Part shown: positions 39,216 through 49,015 of the stretch, in pieces
Layout of the letters: the number at the start of each line of letters is the position of its first letter
Numbering within the stretch: the first letter of the stretch is position 1
Origin: Candidatus Poribacteria bacterium
Lineage (GTDB): Bacteria; Poribacteria; WGA-4E; PCPOR2b
Length of the DNA stretch: 64,000 nucleotides
NCBI GenBank assembly: GCA_965116925.1
Contig: OZ220744.1
Coordinates: 960,001-1,024,000 of the forward strand
Reading direction: 5' to 3'
Program-made: the position numbers and the translations under genes
The notes under the pieces: generated by a model
Told to the model about the DNA's origin: nothing
What the model saw: only the letters and a program-made list of their open reading frames with translations
Databases searched by the model: none

Positions 39216-40394
39216 ATGCATTCAATGACAGATAAAATACGACCCACATCCGATCCCATTGTTGCACAGATTCAAGTGGACTGCGACCAGATTTCACGTA
39301 CACAGGCTGCCATACCACAATCGGTGAGTCGCCGCCGATTTTTGCGTCAGGCGTCGAAAGGCGTGTTTGGGATGGGACTCGCGTTGGGAGGCGTAGCTTC
39401 AGCCACTAAAGGGGCTTTTGCTCAGTTGGGGCGTCAGTCCGGCGGTTCGCCGGGAGAGATAATCGAAGAAGAACTCACGCCGCTGGTCGAAGCGAGAAGT
39501 GAAAAAGTTTGGAATGGCGACATGCTTGACGAGGGGGTTGTCAGTGAGATGATTGATCGCGCAATGATGAAGCTGACCGGGCTTGATTCTGCGAAAGAGG
39601 CGTGGAAGGATTTTGTCCTTCCGACAGACATCGTTGGAATTAAAATCAATCCACTTGCCGGAGAGAAGTTGAGCACCCATCGCATAATCGTTGATAAGAT
39701 TATTGAAGGGTTGTATGGAGCGGGTATCCTCAGCAATCAGATCATCATCTGGGATCGGTTTGAATCTCACCTAATCAATGCGGGGTATGAGATCAATCAA
39801 AGCGATCGAGGGGTTCGGTGCTTCGCATCGGACAGCGAAGGTGTCGGTTACGACGATGAGGTTTTCTACGAAACTGAGAAGGATGTCGCGGTTCGCCGCG
39901 AGAATGAAAGTATCCTGTCCCGATACACAAAACTCCTCACTAAAGAGTTGACAGTGGTTATTAACGTCCCGGTGATGAAGCATCATGGGATTGCTGGTGT
40001 GAGTGGTTGTCTGAAAAACCTCGCCTTTGGGAGTGTGGATAACACCTCCCGTTTCCACTCAAATCCCATAAATTGTAACCCCGCTATCGCTGATATCTTC
40101 GCGCATACTGTCCTCAAAGATAAAGTTGTTTTGAACATCGTTGATGGGTTGCTTGCCGCGTTCGATGGGGGACCGACGTATGACCCCAACGGGGTTTGGC
40201 AGTATGGTGGTATCCTTGTGAGTCAGGATCCGGTTGCATTGGACCAAATTGTCTATCAAACGATTGAGGAAAAGCGGAAGGAGCTTGAGTTGCCGACCCT
40301 CTCGCGGATATCGAAATACATCCGTTCAGCATCAAGGATGGATTTGGGCACTAACGACCTTGATGATGTGGATTATCAAGAGGTAAAGATATAA
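39216..40394 (+). CDS. Tat-exported DUF362 domain protein
   Basis: SRRRFL twin-arginine signal, VGIKIN, INVPVMKHH..AG..G.LKN, DPVALD; start uncertain. Confidence 0.85.
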   Translation: MHSMTDKIRPTSDPIVAQIQVDCDQISRTQAAIPQSVSRRRFLRQASKGVFGMGLALGGVASATKGAFAQLGRQSGGSPGEIIEEELTPLVEARSEKVWNGDMLDEGVVSEMIDRAMMKLTGLDSAKEAWKDFVLPTDIVGIKINPLAGEKLSTHRIIVDKIIEGLYGAGILSNQIIIWDRFESHLINAGYEINQSDRGVRCFASDSEGVGYDDEVFYETEKDVAVRRENESILSRYTKLLTKELTVVINVPVMKHHGIAGVSGCLKNLAFGSVDNTSRFHSNPINCNPAIADIFAHTVLKDKVVLNIVDGLLAAFDGGPTYDPNGVWQYGGILVSQDPVALDQIVYQTIEEKRKELELPTLSRISKYIRSASRMDLGTNDLDDVDYQEVKI

Positions 40395-40451
40395 TTGACT
40401 GAAGGGCGAGAAGAATCTGTTTCACATTTGAGACAAAAGGAGATAAACGCT

Positions 40452-40691
40452 ATGAAAAGTCTTTGGTTAGGTTGCACGGTTTTGGTTGTAGTTTTCGGAT
40501 TAATCGCTCTCTCCGGCTGCGTCACAACTTTCACCTCGAGCGGACAATTACAAGTTGGGTTGTCCCAATCGGCGAACGAAACGGTAGACATCCTTGCGGA
40601 TTTCGAAGCTAGCGAAGCGACTACGGTTGCCGGTGATGTGACGAAAAAAGCGGGTAGCATCTGTGCGGGCGGAGCTTGTATAATCTACTAA
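40452..40691 (+). CDS. Small lipoprotein
   Basis: RBS AAGGAG, MK plus hydrophobic core plus LSGC lipobox; Cys-containing tail ICAGGACIIY. Confidence 0.75.
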   Translation: MKSLWLGCTVLVVVFGLIALSGCVTTFTSSGQLQVGLSQSANETVDILADFEASEATTVAGDVTKKAGSICAGGACIIY

Positions 40692-40779
40692 AAATTATCT
40701 GACTTTATTCATGGGGACAGGCCATCCTACGGAACAGCTTTGGGAGTAGTGCCCCTATTTTTTCGGGAGGAAACAGGAG

Positions 40780-41994
40780 TTGCGAAAACGGTTTCATCGC
40801 TCTTCATTTAAGCCAATTTACTATATATTCATGATAACGCTACTACTGGTTGAGGCTTCACTTGCGTCTGCTCAACTCCGACGCGAATACGGTCAGCAAC
40901 TGTTACAACAGAAGACGGAAGCACCCGTAGCCTTTGAATCTGATCTCACTATCGACTATGAGGTAAGCAATGTCTTTAACAATCACGTCGAATTTGGACT
41001 GAGCATCGATCCAAATACAAGTAGCCTTGCTAGACGTGAAGACCCACAACTCATAGGTGTAATCAACCGTGTTGGTGTCAATCTTCAGGGGACCTTACCG
41101 ATTGGGAAACGTTTTGGGCTCACGTTGCAATACTATCCACAATTGGAAAATTATATCGGTGAGAATGGAAAACTCAATGAGTTTGATGCGTTCACAGATC
41201 TCTTTTTGACCGAGCTCAGTTATCGTCCAACAGCGCAGCTGCCTATCTTGAGTGTATCACATCAGTTACAGCGATTGGATCGGAGAGACGATGCCTTTGA
41301 CAACCTGCAACGCCAAATCAGTTTCCGCTTCGGTAAGCTATTGGAATATAATCTTTACATCAACCGCTTTGACGACGAAATGACACGGCGTGCAGATTTC
41401 CTACTCGTTGGTTCGACAATGCATCAAGGGCGAGCAAGGATACAGTTGGGGATTCTCAAATCACTATTGGCGAAATTGGAGTATTCACTGGAGCAGGAAA
41501 GTTATGAAGGCAACCTAAATGACCTATTGTTGGGCATCGCTGGGATTGAAAAGGGAGATTCGCGAACAGATCTGCGAAACCTTGTGTCGGCGAAATTGAT
41601 TCAGATTCCAGCGGCGCGACTCCTCTTTCAGCAGGAGTTGAACCTACTTCTGAGTAACTCAAATGTCGGTTTCTACGATTTCTCTACAATTGAAGCAGCG
41701 GTTGGGGCGTTCTACAAAATCAACGACGGAAGTTGGGCGCGTCTACGATTATCGCGATTGGGTATTACCTTCGATGGCCGCCGGGTGCGGGGTGCGGATG
41801 GTTTTGTCGATGAGAACGCAGAGAAACGACGGGATAATCAATTCGGCGTAACCTTCCAGATTAATTGGCAGCTCCGCAATTCCCTGACGCTTCTTGCAGA
41901 TTACCAACTCACACTCAATGACACCAATGAAAACTTTGACTTCTTGAATTACACCCACAATGTTGCGTCTCTGACGCTTCAAGCAACCTATTAA
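40780..41994 (+). CDS. Putative outer-membrane beta-barrel protein
   Basis: Signal peptide, amphipathic beta strands, C-terminal aromatic residue (LTLQATY). Confidence 0.7.
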   Translation: MRKRFHRSSFKPIYYIFMITLLLVEASLASAQLRREYGQQLLQQKTEAPVAFESDLTIDYEVSNVFNNHVEFGLSIDPNTSSLARREDPQLIGVINRVGVNLQGTLPIGKRFGLTLQYYPQLENYIGENGKLNEFDAFTDLFLTELSYRPTAQLPILSVSHQLQRLDRRDDAFDNLQRQISFRFGKLLEYNLYINRFDDEMTRRADFLLVGSTMHQGRARIQLGILKSLLAKLEYSLEQESYEGNLNDLLLGIAGIEKGDSRTDLRNLVSAKLIQIPAARLLFQQELNLLLSNSNVGFYDFSTIEAAVGAFYKINDGSWARLRLSRLGITFDGRRVRGADGFVDENAEKRRDNQFGVTFQINWQLRNSLTLLADYQLTLNDTNENFDFLNYTHNVASLTLQATY

Positions 41995-42068
41995 TAATGC
42001 AAGTTGCTAGTGGCTGAAAGTCCATCGGTTTTCTTGCAGGGGGATTCTCACCCGTCTAGTCAATCCTT

Positions 42069-42145
42069 TGCCTTTCGCTCCAGAGGAGCGATATGTCTAT
42101 AGAAAGTAATACTCCAATCCCCGCGCTCCAGAGGAGCACAATGTG
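42069..42145. repeat. Double-hairpin intergenic repeat (family D), copy 2
   Basis: Near-identical ends to 33832-33911. Confidence 0.8.
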
Positions 42146-42381
42146 TATAGCAAGAACTGTTGCACAAGAGCTTAGGCTGCTCTGGACAAAAGGTTAGCGT
42201 AAGTAGATTTAACCACTCCTTGTAGAATATCATAAAGTTGAAAAGTTCATCCGTGTTCAAGCAGCGGATGAAAAACCCTTGAAAGTTAATGAAACTGTAT
42301 TCGTGCAGGTTCGTTAAATCAGGTGTAAGCAGTTTCAACGACTCCTTGTTTAGTACTATAAAGTTGATGAAAATCACCCAG

Positions 42382-42423
42382 TGCCAAGCCGCATTGAATT
42401 ATTGATGTGGCTTGGCTTTTTTT
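42382..42423 (+). terminator. Intrinsic terminator
   Basis: GCCAAGCCGCATT-loop-GATGTGGCTTGGC followed by T7. Confidence 0.8.
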
Positions 42424-42492
42424 GTTTCTGCCCCATGGTTAATCGGAAAAATTCGGTATCCGTGTAAAAAATTGGCTATCACAATGCCCCCG

Positions 42493-43599
42493 TCAATTTG
42501 CCTCTGACACGGTATTTAACCGATACTGATTAATAAAATTCTCGTTTAGCGTTAGCCCTAGCCCCGGTCGCTCGGTCATCGCAATGTATCCGTCAACCAC
42601 TTGGAAAGGCGGATCATACAGCTTCGACCAGATCTCATTGGGTTCGCAGGCAGGGTAGGCGGAAACGATTAAGCCGTTAGGCACCGCTGCAGCCAGATGA
42701 CAGTTGATGTCCGGAAACTGTGCGCCGTGCGGGGCAACGGGCAGGTGATATGCGTGGCACAACGCCGCGATGCGCATCAACCCGGTGAACCCGCCTCCTA
42801 TTAAGATGTCCGTTTGTATCAGTTCGAGAGCACCCTCTGTGATAAATTGCCTGATGCCGTAAAGGGTGCCTACACTCTCGCCGCCAGCAACAATGGCACT
42901 GGTCGCCTCTTGCACCATCCGCAAGTAAACCGCCTCATCATCGCCGCGCACCGGCTCCTCTATCCAGTAGAGATTGTAAGGCTCAAGTTGCCGAGCGATT
43001 TCTACTGCCGTTTTTCCATCCCATGCACGGTGCAGATCAACCATCAATTTCTTCTCCATGCCGATTAGGTCCCGCGCACACCGCACCCGTTCTACAATCT
43101 CCTCCGGACTTTTGGCTTCATACATATGTATCTTCATCGCATTATATCCGAGATCGGCGTGTTTCTTGACCAAAGCGGCTATCGCTCTGGGCGATTGGTC
43201 TGCCTCTGCAACGTACCCGGAGCCATCGGCATAGGCGAGGACTTTGTTTCGATATCCGCCCAAGAGTCGCCATACCGGCTGACCACAAGCCTTTCCGTGA
43301 ATATCCCACAGGGCAACATCGAGTGCCCCGATGGACGGCATTGCGGCGTGACCGGGACCGCCGAAACGCCACACTGTTTCGTACATCCGTTCCCAGAGCA
43401 GTGCCGTCTGTCGCGGATCTTGCCCGATGAGCACAGGTGCTAGTTCTTGGGAGATGACGTCGATGCTCCCACCACGTCCGATACCGGTTACGCCTGCGTC
43501 CGTATGGACAAGGACAAGTGTCCAGTCCCCGGTTGTAGTTCCTTCTCGCCCTCCGATTGGCACTCTCACAACAAAGGGATCTACACTAGTAATACGCAT
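42493..43599 (-). CDS. Mandelate racemase/muconate lactonizing enzyme family protein
   Basis: ALDVALWDI.GK, LMVD, WIEEP, GES, PH motifs; ATG at 43599 (MRITSV). Confidence 0.9.
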   Translation of the reverse strand: MRITSVDPFVVRVPIGGREGTTTGDWTLVLVHTDAGVTGIGRGGSIDVISQELAPVLIGQDPRQTALLWERMYETVWRFGGPGHAAMPSIGALDVALWDIHGKACGQPVWRLLGGYRNKVLAYADGSGYVAEADQSPRAIAALVKKHADLGYNAMKIHMYEAKSPEEIVERVRCARDLIGMEKKLMVDLHRAWDGKTAVEIARQLEPYNLYWIEEPVRGDDEAVYLRMVQEATSAIVAGGESVGTLYGIRQFITEGALELIQTDILIGGGFTGLMRIAALCHAYHLPVAPHGAQFPDINCHLAAAVPNGLIVSAYPACEPNEIWSKLYDPPFQVVDGYIAMTERPGLGLTLNENFINQYRLNTVSEAN

Positions 43600-43717
43600 A
43601 GTAAGTATAGGTATGACTCTCGCGAGTCTTTTCCCCCTTCCGAATCGTGCGATCAACTTTCACCGCACGCAGTTTTCTGAATCAAAGACAATGAAATGGT
43701 TTGATAATGCTAGTTGT

Positions 43718-43746
43718 TTGACAGTATATTGCAAATATGCTATAAT
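43718..43746 (+). promoter_or_regulatory. Consensus sigma-70 promoter with extended -10
   Basis: TTGACA-17 bp-TATAAT with TGn before the -10. Confidence 0.85.
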
Positions 43747-43779
43747 CTCATTATGATGTAGTCTATGGAGGGAACAATC

Positions 43780-44121
43780 ATGAAAGATAACCTTGTTGCT
43801 TGGATTGCTATTGCGCTGCAAGTTGTAACTCTGGTCGGCGGTATTCTTTTTTACGTAATTTCGCTTGGTGCTGATCTTCGCACCATTAAAACCGAAATAT
43901 CTGGTCTTAACACTGAAATATCTGGTCTTAAAGCGGATATAAGAGATGTCCGTAACGAGATTAAAGATGTCCGTAACGAGATTAAAGATGTTCGTAACGA
44001 GATTAAAGATGTTCGTAACGAGATTAAAGATGTTCGTGATGAACTTAAAGAGGATATCAAGACCCTTAACCAGAATTACATAGATCATCTTGCTCATCAT
44101 ATCGGAAGTCCCAAACCATAG
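43780..44121 (+). CDS. Small membrane-anchored coiled-coil protein with heptad repeats
   Basis: N-terminal TM, (EIKDVRN)n heptads, RBS GGAGG, strong promoter. Confidence 0.8.
   Translation: MKDNLVAWIAIALQVVTLVGGILFYVISLGADLRTIKTEISGLNTEISGLKADIRDVRNEIKDVRNEIKDVRNEIKDVRNEIKDVRDELKEDIKTLNQNYIDHLAHHIGSPKP
43894..44050 (+). repeat. 21-bp coding tandem repeats
   Basis: GAAATATCTGGTCTTAA twice at 21-bp period, then about five units of ATTAAAGATGT[C/T]CGTAACGAG. Confidence 0.9.
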
Positions 44122-44892
44122 AATAGCGATTGTTTAGACTCTCAATGTCGTTTGCCATTTCTTTGATATAGAATATGTAGTATCTGTTACGCCTGCATTA
44201 TATTATATCTTGCGAGCGATCGTCAATCCTTTTGGTCCTACCTTTACCTTATCTCCTCTCCCATACTTTCTCAATGAAATGACTTAGGGGTTATTCTGCT
44301 CTCACGAGATGTACTTCCCGCACAGCTTAGGCTCTATCTATATCCCGAGAGACACCTGTACCACTCACTTTTGGCTCATGTCAAAAGAAAGCGTGAAACG
44401 TAAAGACGGTGAAATCCCGCAAGTCTCGTGAAGCGAGTCCCGTTCCAGTTCTGTTCCACCTGTCCCGATGTATCGGAGAGGATCCCGATCTATCGAGAGA
44501 TTCCGCTCTGTGGAACGAGGGCCCCTCAATAAATCGGGATCTGCGTTCCCTACAATCTGAAGCGCGTAAGTCCTGATGAAATTCCTGTTATTAGCCATAA
44601 CTTAGGAGGCACAACGGATGATAACTTATGTGAGGAGTTATGGTGAACACAACTTAAGACACCGATCCTGCATTCAGGTTCAACCGAATCTGGATGCAAC
44701 CATAATTTTCCTTCGATCTCCATTTTTTGATGTTGAGACAAGGGGACTTTATGATAAAATATGGCGCAGAGTTGAACAATATGTAATCGAAAAAATTAAA
44801 GTGATAATTGATTTCTTGTCAGCGTTGCATCGTGCAACGCTTTGAAATGGTCATGTTCAACGCCTGATCTTTTAGAATAGAGGTAATAACGG

Positions 44893-45846
44893 ATGAAAAT
44901 TGTACTGTCTGCCAAAGCGACTGAGCAGTTTATGAGCGAACTTCGCACCACTTTTCCGGACATAACCTTTCACCGAGCAGCGACCCCGGAGGAAGAGATG
45001 GAACTCATTCGGGATGCGGATGTATTTTGTGGCGATCCGTCGCGCGAGGTTTTCCTCGCCGCCCAAAAACTCCAGTGGATTCAGTGCCCCGGGACGGGTG
45101 TCGATAAGATTGTGTCGATACCTGAAATAAGAGATAGCGATGTTATTTTGACGAACGCGCGGGGACCTCACGCTAACCCGATGGCTGATCATGCGTTTGG
45201 TATGATATTAACCTTTGCCCACTGCTTACGTGAACAGTGGGAAGACCAGAAAGCACACCATTGGGATACCGCGAAATATGATGAGCGGGTTTTAGAGATC
45301 AGTGGAAGCACCCTAGGTATCCTTGCACTTGGTGGTATTGGAATGGCAGTTGCACGGCGGGGGCACGGCTTCGGCATGGAAGTCTACGCCGTTGATGGTC
45401 AGTCAATGCCAACGCCTCCGGAAGTAAAAGCAGTTTGGGGACTTGACAGACTGGATGAACTGCTTCAGATATCCGACTGGTTTGTCATCACCACACCGTT
45501 CACGCCAGAAACAGAGGGGTTGATTGATCGCCGGCGACTAGGGTTACTCAAACCGGGCGCGTATGTCATTGCGATTTCACGAGGAGGTATCTTGGACGAG
45601 GAAGCATTGATAGACGGGTTGTGCTCCGGACGAATCGCTGGTGCGGGACTGGATGTTATGGATGTAGAGCCTTTGCCTGCCGATAGTCCATTATGGGACA
45701 TGGAAAATGTCATCCTATCGCCTCACGCTTCAGCGTTGACCGCTGAAATGTGGGAAGGACGGAGGCAAATTTTCAAGGAGAACCTCCGACGTTTTCTCGC
45801 GGGCGAACCGTTCATCTACGTGTGCGACAAACAAGCAGGATTTTAG
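44893..45846 (+). CDS. D-2-hydroxyacid dehydrogenase family protein
   Basis: LGGIG, ISRG, GLDV...EPLP, SPH. Confidence 0.92.
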   Translation: MKIVLSAKATEQFMSELRTTFPDITFHRAATPEEEMELIRDADVFCGDPSREVFLAAQKLQWIQCPGTGVDKIVSIPEIRDSDVILTNARGPHANPMADHAFGMILTFAHCLREQWEDQKAHHWDTAKYDERVLEISGSTLGILALGGIGMAVARRGHGFGMEVYAVDGQSMPTPPEVKAVWGLDRLDELLQISDWFVITTPFTPETEGLIDRRRLGLLKPGAYVIAISRGGILDEEALIDGLCSGRIAGAGLDVMDVEPLPADSPLWDMENVILSPHASALTAEMWEGRRQIFKENLRRFLAGEPFIYVCDKQAGF

Positions 45847-45870
45847 TAGGGAACGCAGATCTGCGTTCCC
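45846..45870. repeat. GTAG REP palindrome
   Basis: GTAGGGAACGCAGATCTGCGTTCCC directly at the stop codon. Confidence 0.85.
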
Positions 45871-45899
45871 CAAAGACCCACCGATATCAGGAGGGAGAT

Positions 45900-46829
45900 A
45901 TGGAAACGACAGATTTTGGCAAAACAGGTCTCAAAATCACGCGCCTCGGTCTGGGGCTTGCGGAGATTTCCCGGCAAGAGAGATCTAAGATTGTGGCGGA
46001 AGCAGACCGAGTGCTCAACGCCGCGCTCGATGGTGGCATCAATTTCCTCGACACCGCTGCCTGCTACGGCAGAACCGAGGAGATAATCGGTGCGACTGTT
46101 GCCCACCGGCGAGATGAATATATCTTGGCGACGAAGTGTGGCCATACTACCGATGACGGCGACAGGGGCATACCGTGGACGGAACACAAATCGTGGACTG
46201 GACCAGCGGTCTCCGAGAGTATTGACCGCAGTTTGCGTCGGCTACAAACAGATCACTTGGACATCGTCCAACTCCACTCCTGTGATGTGGGCGTCTTGGA
46301 AGACGGTGAGGTTATCGAAGCACTGGTTCAAGCGAGGGATGCCGGCAAAACCCGTTTTATCGGCTACAGCGGAGACAATGCGGCTGCCCGTTGGGCGGTA
46401 GACAGTGGACTGTTCGACACACTCCAAACTAGCTTTAATCTTGTGGAGCAACATGCCCGCACCAAGGGATTGTTTGAAGCAGCGGAGACACAGGGGATGG
46501 GGGTTATTATCAAGCGTCCCGTTGCCAATGGGGCGTGGGGCAAAGCGCGGAGCCCTTACTCGTATGCGGATGAATACTTTCGACGGGCACAGATTATGGA
46601 GGGAATGGGACCGCTGCCACAAGCACCTGAAAATCCTATCCTGCTGGCGTTAGGATTTGTCCTAGCCCAGCCTCAAGTCGATACAATCATCGTAGGAACC
46701 CACAATCCTTCGCATCTGTCATCAAACATCGAAATGGTGACGCGACAGCTACCGATTTCGGCGGAAACCGTTCGGGTGTTACACAGACGCTTTGAAGAGG
46801 TAGACGACGGATGGTTGCAACTGACATAG
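45900..46829 (+). CDS. Aldo/keto reductase
   Basis: GINFLDTAACYG, LATKCG, SLRRLQTDHLD..QLH, IGYS. Confidence 0.93.
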   Translation: METTDFGKTGLKITRLGLGLAEISRQERSKIVAEADRVLNAALDGGINFLDTAACYGRTEEIIGATVAHRRDEYILATKCGHTTDDGDRGIPWTEHKSWTGPAVSESIDRSLRRLQTDHLDIVQLHSCDVGVLEDGEVIEALVQARDAGKTRFIGYSGDNAAARWAVDSGLFDTLQTSFNLVEQHARTKGLFEAAETQGMGVIIKRPVANGAWGKARSPYSYADEYFRRAQIMEGMGPLPQAPENPILLALGFVLAQPQVDTIIVGTHNPSHLSSNIEMVTRQLPISAETVRVLHRRFEEVDDGWLQLT

Positions 46830-46874
46830 CAAAACCAACGGATTAGAAAGATTCTATACAAGGAGAATTATCGA

Positions 46875-48041
46875 ATGAAAATCACAAGCGTTGAAGCGAT
46901 CCCTAGTGCTTCACCTGTATCTAATATGCGAGGTGCGCGAAGTAATTACGTCTATGTCAAAATTTCAACGGACGCGGGAATCGTTGGTTGGGGTGAGTCG
47001 ACATGTGGCCCCCTGTCTGTTGCAAACGTTGTCGAAGAGATTGGGGCGACGTTGATCGGTAAAGATCCATTTCGGATTGAAGAGCACTGGCAACGGCTCT
47101 ATCACCTCTATCACAATGTGCGGGGTGGTGTGATTCAGATGGCGGCGATCAGTGGGATAGAAATCGCCCTCTGGGACATCAAAGGCAAAGCGTTTGACGC
47201 ACCGGTCTGGCAGCTGCTAGGCGGACAGATGCGCGATCGAATCTGGACATACGGTCGCTTCGATGGACAGACTCCTGAGCTTGCCGTTGAGCATGCCCTG
47301 CGTCAGGTAGATACAGGTCTGACCGCATTAAAGGGCGATCCCTTCGGTCACCAAGGGTTGTTCATCAGTGCGGAAGCAGAGCGCGATGCGATCGCTAAGG
47401 TGAAAGCGGTGCGGGAGGCGGTTGGAGATGATGTCGAGTTATTGGTCGAGGTGCATGGGAGGTTATCGCCATCGTCGGCTATCCGAATCGGCCATGCGTT
47501 GGAAGAGTTTCGGCCATACGTCTATGAGGAGCCGGTGCCGCCCCAAAATGTTGACGCTATGGTGAAGGTCGCGGAAGCTGTGAATATCCCACTCGCAACG
47601 GGGGAAAGACTCTACACAAAATGGGGGTTTGTCGAACTGCTTGAGAAGCAGGTTGTGGCACTGATTCAACCGGATGTTTGTCATGCAGGTGGAATTTCGG
47701 AGTTGAAGAAAATCGCTGCGATGGCGGAGGCATACTATGTCGGTTTTCAACCCCACAATCCCTACGGTCCAGTCAACACAATGGCGGCGATACAGGTCGA
47801 TGTCTGCACGACGAACTTCATGATTCAAGAGGGCGGTCATGCACCATGGTTTGATCAGGTTGTCGTCGGTGAATTTCCTCGCCAGAAGGATGGATACTTT
47901 GATGTACCAACTACCCCCGGTATCGGCATTGAAATGAACGAAGAGGTGTTGCGAGAAAATCCGCCTGTAGTACGACGTGCAGGAGAGGGCTACAGCCGTC
48001 AAGCACCGTGGCGATCCAAGCAGGATACCGAATGGGTTTGA
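46875..48041 (+). CDS. Galactonate dehydratase (DgoD)-like enolase superfamily enzyme
   Basis: ISGIEIALWDIKGK, K.D, EVHGR, EEP, TGERL, PHNP.GP. Confidence 0.85.
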   Translation: MKITSVEAIPSASPVSNMRGARSNYVYVKISTDAGIVGWGESTCGPLSVANVVEEIGATLIGKDPFRIEEHWQRLYHLYHNVRGGVIQMAAISGIEIALWDIKGKAFDAPVWQLLGGQMRDRIWTYGRFDGQTPELAVEHALRQVDTGLTALKGDPFGHQGLFISAEAERDAIAKVKAVREAVGDDVELLVEVHGRLSPSSAIRIGHALEEFRPYVYEEPVPPQNVDAMVKVAEAVNIPLATGERLYTKWGFVELLEKQVVALIQPDVCHAGGISELKKIAAMAEAYYVGFQPHNPYGPVNTMAAIQVDVCTTNFMIQEGGHAPWFDQVVVGEFPRQKDGYFDVPTTPGIGIEMNEEVLRENPPVVRRAGEGYSRQAPWRSKQDTEWV

Positions 48042-48086
48042 AGCCACACAATATCCACATTCTTGTCGAGGGAAGGAGGTGCACAA

Positions 48087-48962
48087 ATGTCAATTTCAAT
48101 CCGAAAGGTGTCGCCTGCGGTGGGAGCAGTGGTAAAAGGTGTTGATCTCTCTATTCCCGTACCCCCGGATACCTTTGAAGTGCTTGAAGACGCGCTTGCT
48201 GAATATGGGGTGCTTGTCTTTCGCAATCAGCATCTGACGCCGGCGCAGCACGTTACATTCAGTCGACTGTTCGGTTCCCTTGAGACGCATGTCATCTCTG
48301 AGGCGTTGCTAGAAGGTTACCCGGAAATCTATGTAGTTTCCAATGTAGTTGAAGATGGGAAACCAAAGGGCAGAGCGTACGCCGGCACCTATTGGCATTC
48401 AGATCTCAGCTATAAGGCAGTACCGGCGATGGCATCAATGATGTACGCGCTGCAAATTCCTGAGATAGGCGGGGATACAATGTTCGCCAACATGTATCTA
48501 GCGTATGAGACGCTTTCAGCGGGATTGCAACGGATGCTAGAGCAGCTTTGGGCGGTTCACGATTTCGGTCATGCTGATAAGCGCTATTTCTCAAAGAGAG
48601 GGGCTGCGGCGCGACTCAATGAATCGGCGAAAAAAAAGACACCCCCTGTCGAGCATCCAGTAGTCCGCACCCATCCTATAACCGGTCGCAAGGCGTTATT
48701 CATCAATCCCGGCTTTACATCGCGTTTTGTCGATATGACGGAGGAGGAGAGCGAACCGCTGCTAGAATATCTCTTCCAGCACATCACTCAGCCTGCCTTC
48801 ATCTATCGTCACCAGTGGCAGGCGAACGATCTGGTCTTCTGGGACAACCGCTGCACAATTCATCATGCGATTCGGGACTATGGGGAAGACATACCGCGGC
48901 ACATGCACAGAACAACCATCTGTGGCGATAAACCGTTTCTGTCTGATTCTAACGTTGTTTGA
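48087..48962 (+). CDS. TauD/TfdA family dioxygenase
   Basis: WHSD, GGDT.F, HPVVRTHP.TGRK.L, WDNR...H, RTT. Confidence 0.95.
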   Translation: MSISIRKVSPAVGAVVKGVDLSIPVPPDTFEVLEDALAEYGVLVFRNQHLTPAQHVTFSRLFGSLETHVISEALLEGYPEIYVVSNVVEDGKPKGRAYAGTYWHSDLSYKAVPAMASMMYALQIPEIGGDTMFANMYLAYETLSAGLQRMLEQLWAVHDFGHADKRYFSKRGAAARLNESAKKKTPPVEHPVVRTHPITGRKALFINPGFTSRFVDMTEEESEPLLEYLFQHITQPAFIYRHQWQANDLVFWDNRCTIHHAIRDYGEDIPRHMHRTTICGDKPFLSDSNVV

Positions 48963-49015
48963 TGATAAGATTTTGTATGGAGGGAAATCCACGCTGTATC
49001 GGATGAGGAGGGATC

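Noticed and set aside
43894..44050. Tandem repeats as a CRISPR array
   Set aside because: Contiguous 21-bp units without spacers, in frame within a CDS, and no cas genes in the window.
43660..44100. 146-aa minus-strand ORF
   Set aside because: Shadow of the repeat gene; the plus strand has the promoter, RBS, TM and heptad pattern.
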